The translations under genes and the position numbers were made by a program. Positions 57,835-64,000 of a stretch of 64,000 nucleotides of DNA are shown here, piece after piece. The notes under the pieces are model-generated. The model saw nothing but the letters and a program-made list of their open reading frames with translations. It did no database searches and was not told the DNA's origin. The stretch comes from Eutreptiella sp. 'Long Island Sound 2002' (lineage: Eukaryota > Protista > Euglenida). The stretch's first letter is position 1. Each line of letters begins with the position of its first letter. The stretch spans positions 7,688,001 to 7,752,000 of the forward strand of contig OZ038378.1 in NCBI GenBank assembly GCA_964036045.1, in the 5' to 3' direction.

Positions 57835-59059
57835 TTGACAATGGAACAGAAAGACAATTGTGTATTCTTGAGGGTTGCGACCAATGCGTTGTTCATGGTT
57901 TTTCCAGTTGTGCATGATGAGTGTTATGTGAAGGGAAGGTAGTTTGCAACTTTCTTGAGCTGGGGCAGTTTGGGTCGCCTAATTCTAAGGGCGTTTCCAA
58001 GGGGTTTGCTTGGGGGCTCTTCGGGGGGAACATAGTCTAAAAGTAGCGCGCAGTGCGCACACAGTGCAAAGATTCCCCCAAGAACACGAGCTGGTAGCCA
58101 GATACAAACACGGATTTGTTCAACATTGCGAACATCCATAGCAATGTGACTAGATCCAAAATGGGTACAATCTGTTCGACAAGTTTGCGGCGGCGGCAAA
58201 GACAACCTTGGAGCCAAAGGACTGTGTGATCGGGGCGTTCTTCCTCTTGACGATGCGTGTCACCACGGTCCGCTACCGCGTGCAGTAGGTGACCACATGC
58301 GCGAACAAGACATGTGAAGGGCTATTGCCCATGGCATCCATTGAAGAATTGTGAGTGCTTTCGGAATATGGAGGATTTGCATTTTTTTTCCGGAGTATGC
58401 ATGCTCCCCTGGGCATTGACCACTGCACTGCCTTGATCCAAGAGCAATAGGTGCTAAAGAAGGAGGTCGCTGTCTTGACGGGAAATAGCAGGTTAGCAAC
58501 CCTGCAACCCGAATGGTGGCCTTGGATATCAAGCCCCGGGATGTTGTATGCAAACAGTGTGTGGACGACAAGTTATTTGTGCAGCGGCCGCTAAAATAGG
58601 TAGAATATGGGACCTCATGACATGTGGAATGCATCAGCTGAAATACCCATCATTCCTAGTTTGATAGGCACAGTTGAAACCGTAGGCTGGCAAAGTTGGG
58701 ACATGTGGATTGCGTCGGACTGAATACCAAATGTTTTAGTGGTCTCACGGTGGTGGCTGAAATGGGCAATCGTGGGGCTTGGGGCAACTGGATAGCTTTA
58801 GATTACACACCAACACGGCCTCAAGTATATGCATCCCTATGCCAAGCCCAACAGCCAAATGGATGATAGTGACCTGCCATAAACGCCACAAATGAGACTT
58901 TGAGCAGTATTTGCACTTTTGGGGGGTCATGTGTACCCCCTGGACCTACAAGCCCTATAAGAGCAGGGCGGCTCTGAAGGAACCAGAATTTTTTTTGTTA
59001 AGGACCGCCCTTAAGGACCACCCTCAAGGGCCTTTTTGCACTGGCCCGACGTGGGCCAT

Positions 59060-59365
59060 TTTTGTCCCCCTTCTTGGGGACCCCCGAGAATGCAGGGGTT
59101 TCGTAGAATTTCCGTCCTCTTTTGGGCCCCCGAGAAGGCACGGGTGAGGCAGCCAATTCTGAATTTGTTCCCCTTTGTTGGGGATCCCCGAGAATGCAAG
59201 GGTGACATGGCATTTCCGCCCTCTTTTGGGTCCCCGAGAAGGCAGGGTGAGGCAGCCAATTCTGATTTTGTTCCCCTTTGTTGGGGACCCCTGGGAATGC
59301 AGGGGTGACATAGCATTTCCGCCCCCTTTTCGGCCCCCGAGAAGGTAGGGGTGAGGCACGGGATT
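59060..59365. repeat. ~103-bp tandem repeat x3, with dispersed copies at ~42430-42560 and ~56010-56100
   Basis: GGGGACCCCCGAGAATGCAGGGGT...GAGGCAGCCAATTCTGA.TTTGT at ~59082, 59186 and 59288. Confidence 0.9.
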
Positions 59366-59554
59366 GGGTTGGAGGACAAGGATGAGGATACAGACGATGA
59401 GGACTCGGACTAGCCGGGTGAAGTCGCCAGTAGCTCCTCTTCTGACCTTCCTGACCCTCTTGCTGCGGTCTCTACGTTCTCTAACCCTGCCTCCCAGTTG
59501 GTGTTCATGTATGACGTGGGTGAGGCAGCGGTGAAGGCAATGCAGAGGGGTAGT

Positions 59555-59671
59555 ATGCATGAGTGGACTCATATTGAGTTCAAGGCCATTTGCAGGAGGC
59601 ATGGTTTGAGTGTGAAGGGGGCAAAGGGTGCACTTATGCAGCGTGTCGAGTCCCACTTCCACCAGATGTAG
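59555..59671 (+). pseudogene. SAP DNA-binding motif remnant at the C-terminus of a decayed ORF
   Basis: MHEWTHIEFKAICRRHGLSVKGAKGALMQRVESHFHQM* fits the SAP pattern (..l.v.eLK..l..rGL...G.K..Li.RL). It is preceded in frame by an acidic tract containing one stop. Confidence 0.6.
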
Positions 59672-61719
59672 CAGTCTTAGAGAGTATATTCTAGCCGTGC
59701 CACGGGCGATGGAACATTCGGGTGGCCGAACGCTATGTCACTACATTTGATGAAAAAAACATTGCTCGTGTTCTTCTTCAATTGTGCAGGGTGTCGGATA
59801 GGGAGCGGATGCTATCACAAAATACATGTGGGGGTAGGAACATATGGATGAGTAATTGCACACAAGTGGGGCTAGGAAGTCATGTTTGAACAGTTAAGAA
59901 CCCCTAGATGAAGACGCGAAGGGCTAGGAACCAATGGTTGAACACATGGAGTGCCGGCAAGCTAGGAACCAATGGTTGAACACATGGAGTGGCGGTAGGC
60001 GTTTTTGGAGAAGCTTGGTAGCAGAACACTTTTTTTTCCGTTAAGGACCGGCCTGCATAAGAGTGTCGAAAAAGAGCTTGGAGGTCCACCCTCGGCTAGA
60101 TCAATTTGCATCAGCCCCATTCAAAAATGTATCATTGGTGGTGTATTTGGATGCCACTAACCACGGTGACCATGCATTTGTTAGCGGCGTCTAATGTCCT
60201 CTATCCCATCATCATGCATCACCGAATATGCTAAATGGTACCTTTGCTTGGAACCAACATCCCTAGGGCTTGGGCCTGTTCTTGAGAACTGCTTTGATCG
60301 GCCACTTTGACGTGTGGTATGTGGCCATGGCAGGTACATCCTTGTATGCATCGTGCTCGGCACGAGCTTCACGGTTCTTTTTATATCTTGGCCTAGTGGC
60401 GGCCAATCATGTTCCTGACCAATGTGCACAGGCTGTTTTCAGACCCATATCACCCAATGCAAGTTCCCAAAGAGCATTTCAAAGGACCAAAAATGGCCTA
60501 AATTATCTTGTAAGTGACCAAGCATAAGGACCACATTCCTTCGCGGCATTTGACTTCCATGTAATGCGTTGGGCACCCTTATCATGATAATTGATGCCAA
60601 ATGGGAATATTTGCAAGCTATTTCAGCATCACCAACACCCCTCAAATACCCCATCGGCACCAACAAGTGGTGCACGGCACATGTGCAAGAGTAGGGTTAG
60701 TGGAGGTGATTTGTGGGTCAAAAAGTGGTCAAAACAATTTTTGCAAGACCACTAGGCGGGCTCACACAAGTTGTTTGGGTTGTTGAGGGGGCTTGTTGCA
60801 CTAGAACTAACCGAGATGAAGGAGAAACACCTAGGAGCACCATCTCATGGCTTTGCAAACAACTAGTGGGCTTGCATATTTTTTCAAGTTTCCTCTTTTT
60901 TTCAAGTTTCAAGTTTCACCTTCTTTTGTTGTGATTGAGTGCCATGTATCACATTGTGCACCGTTTTGGTGACAAATAATGATGGCTGGGAACACATACA
61001 AAGTAGTTTCTTAGCGCCAACAACCCCCGATGGCATACAATCAGCAAGGAGTGGTCACCAAGCCGGGTCTCCCAGTGGAGGTTTTACAACCCACTATAGG
61101 GTACGGGTTGAGAAATGTATTGTCGTAGCAGCAAAAGCAGTAACAGCAACAAGCAGCAAGTAGCACTAGTAACAACCCTTTGCAGGCGCATAAAAAGTCT
61201 TTTTTGCACCTTGGCTCAAAACTGGCATCCAAGTAGCTCAAAGAGACCACGGAGCAAATGTGTATCTCGTGAAACAAGTTTTGTGTGATTTGGAGCCGCG
61301 TTAGCCACATGGCCACATGGCCCATTTGGTGTCCAAAAATCACTGGTCTCATCATGTTTTTCGGACAAATATCTTGAAAGTTGAGGATGATCGCCAGTCT
61401 GTCATGTGGGTGTATGTAATCATGGCTGCATTGTCTTTCACATTGATTGGGCTATGAAGTGATTGCAAATGGACGTTCAATGTAACGTCTGTCACGCCTT
61501 GGTGCCAAGCGGTGGTCCATTTTGACATGAAAATGAGCCGCTTTTTCTACCTATCTTCACGGCTTGCCCCAAACATTCAAGACAATGGCCAGTGTGTCAT
61601 GTTGGCGTCTCCAATGATGGCCGTCCTTCGTCTACAGCGGTTGCATATGCAATAAGCAAGACTGGGACCAAGCTCAGTCTTGTTCGGAAGTCTTCATATT
61701 GGGGTAAGGTAGTGCACAT

Positions 61720-63030
61720 TTGCATATGGCGTAGGGATGGCTTCCCTACCCCCGTTCACACTAGCATAGGGAGGAGGGACATTTTACCCTCCCCCATGAG
61801 AAGTAGCACAGGGCGGAGGGACAAGTTCCCCACCCCTATGCAGAGCAACACATGGCAAAGGGTCGGTTGCCCCACCCTTGTGCACACTAGCACTTGGTAG
61901 AGGGATGGCATCCCCAGCCTTGTGCACACTAGCACATGGCGGAGGGACGGCTTCCCCACTGTTGTGCACACCAGCACAAGTGGGGCAATGGTTGTGCCAC
62001 CCTTCTTCGCACCGGTATGAGGGCGGAGGGATGCGTGCCACACCCCTATTCACATCACGGGGCAAGGGGACGGGTTCTACACCGCTCAGCACAACAAGGG
62101 AATGCCGTGCACGCAGTGCGCACACAATGCAAACTTTGTATGCCGGCAACTACTTGAACTTCACAAGTTGGTTGTTCCATAACAGAAATTTTTACGCTTC
62201 TTGTGCATTGAGGATGTGGCGCATTTGAATTGCCACCCATGTTCACCCATTTTCAGCCATTTTAGCCCACTTTTACCCGGTTTTGTTGCACGTTCTTTGT
62301 TATAGGTGGATTCTGGATTATGATGATGGGGAATCACCGGATGTTGTGTACATTCACACTGCAACAAATCGGCAGGTGGGTTGTTACACATTCCAAAGCA
62401 CATTCCAACCTTCATGGTCATTGCCTTGCTATCTCTAGGAAACAATGTCTTTGTGGATTCTCTTTATGAGCCAGCACTTGAACCCTCCATCCGCACTCTC
62501 GGATCATTGTGAATCATGTAGCATGGTTTATCGGTATCGGCCCACATAGTGCTGCATACTGCTGCAAGTTGGGCCCCAATGGGGTCAAGGCAGAATGCCT
62601 ATGTTCCCAAGAAGGCTGCCACCATCTTCCAATACACTCACGCAACAACAGATTGCGCTTGGCCATGGCCACCAATTACCAAGGATATGAAGACCCTTGT
62701 AACGCCTGCATAAATGCATGGGGGTTTCCTCCCTTCCTCCGTAGCTAGGTTTCATTGTGTCGGCACTGCACGTAGTCCCCTGGGCACACCAACTTGGGGA
62801 AGAGGAGCGGTTTCCCTGTTCCATTGCAGCCGGGCTAAGGGTGCAGGGCCGGATTCCCCACCCATGTGCACACCGGCATAGGGAGGAAGGACGGTTGCTC
62901 CACCCTTGTGCACACTTGCATGGGGAAGAGGTACAGTCCCTCATCCACTGTGCACACGATGAGGGCGCAGGGACATGCCCCGCACCGGGGCGCACACTTC
63001 CCCAGGGCACAGGGGCAGCCCCCAGCCCTC
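61720..63030. repeat. Two clusters of degenerate ~40-bp repeats (CCC...TTGTGCACAC.AGCAC.TGG.GGAGGGA) at ~61720-62010 and ~62780-63030
   Basis: TGTGCACAC core recurs at ~61878, 61922, 61963, 62863, 62907 and 62949. Confidence 0.75.
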
Positions 63031-63448
63031 CCCATCACACGGCAAAGAGACAGGCTCCCCACCCCAGGGAGAGGGGAGAGGGAGTGGCGTAGCAGGGAGG
63101 CAGAGGGAAGGGGAGGGATGTCAGGGCACGAGGATACCACTATGCCCCCCCCCCCCCTGCCCAACCCACCACCCCACCACCCCACACCTGCCTGCACACC
63201 TATGAGCCCCCAGCCCAACCCACTGTGCCACATATCCATGTACACTCACACACCCCAGTCATACCCTGACATAGGCCAGTGGGATCACAGAGGTGTGTAA
63301 GAGGGAACTGCCCCAGGACAAAAAAGAAGTCCTGATTCTTAGTATTTCACAGTGATTCAAAAATTTTTAATGAATAATCTAAGTGCCTAAATATTCATTT
63401 CAAATGCTAGACCCTCCCCCCCCCCCCATACACACACTTTCCCCCAAT

Positions 63449-63590
63449 GGTGGCAGATCTGAGCACCTCTAGAAATGAGCACATTTCCCGGAATTTCTAG
63501 AAATATGTTCAGATTTGACACAAAGGGTTTGGACAATACGCTCACAGAAATGGGCACATTTCTAGAAATGTGCTCAGATCTGCGACCACC
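63449..63590. repeat. Imperfect inverted repeat (~40-bp arms) with TCTAGA cores
   Basis: GGTGGCAGATCTGAGCACCTCTAGAAATGAGCACATTT versus reverse complement of the right arm GGTGGTCGCAGATCTGAGCACATTTCTAGAAATGTGCCCATTT. Confidence 0.75.
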
Positions 63591-64000
63591 CTCTTTTTTT
63601 GCTCACCCCCAGGCCAAGTGAACATATTTTCGCAATTTTCAGGAATTGTGGTCATGGGTACCCTGCAGTCCATGCCTCTCACACGGAAGGAGGAGATGCA
63701 TGAACGCACCGGAGCTGGAATTTTTTCGCACTAGATCTAACAACCTCTGTTCAAGGTGATTTTCCAGCGCCACATTGGTGGTCCAGACCTTCTAAACATT
63801 TTGGCCATTTTGAAGTGGGGAGGGGATCAAGGGCTGCAGCTGGGCGCCTCCCATGACACAAATTGCAAATTTGCATGCACGCAGCAGCAGCGGCGGCGGC
63901 GGCGGCGGCGCCCCCGCCCCCGCCGCCACTTCCACCGCCCTTGCCAGCAGTCGAGGTGCAGGCACAGCCCTGGCGAGGGACACGGGAGGGCATCTGGCAA

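Noticed and set aside
1-64000. tRNA, rRNA, SL-RNA or snRNA genes
   Set aside because: None were recognised by eye; a covariance-model scan would be needed to exclude them.

Overview
Repeat-dense eukaryotic genomic DNA, most likely from a photosynthetic euglenid. The main evidence is a GNAT gene with a euglenophyte class-I tripartite plastid leader, plus candidate trans-splice acceptors just upstream of both genes. Only two intact genes are supported. One is a single-exon, plastid-targeted GNAT acetyltransferase (+, about 34831-35751). The other is a two-exon, single-domain 6-TM voltage-gated cation channel of BacNav/EukCat type (+, join 44153..44611, 46460..47701); its 1.85 kb intron has base-pairing ends and a 10-nt direct repeat across the junctions. 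The left half holds a 21-bp satellite (1-4080) and a large decayed minus-strand Helitron-like element (about 14.5-25.8 kb, possibly reaching about 5.5 kb). That element retains all three HUH Rep motifs and PIF1 helicase motifs, and has a ubiquitin-specific protease (C19/USP) domain directly upstream on the same strand; this is the most unusual signal in the window. It is followed by a ~185-bp satellite whose last unit is inverted. The remainder consists of MITEs and non-autonomous DNA transposons (one with perfect 8-bp TSDs), transposase, RNase H and SAP remnants, minisatellites, and two divergent copies of an unannotated ~50-aa beta-rich micro-domain. All alignments and motif calls were made by eye, and repeat coordinates are approximate.
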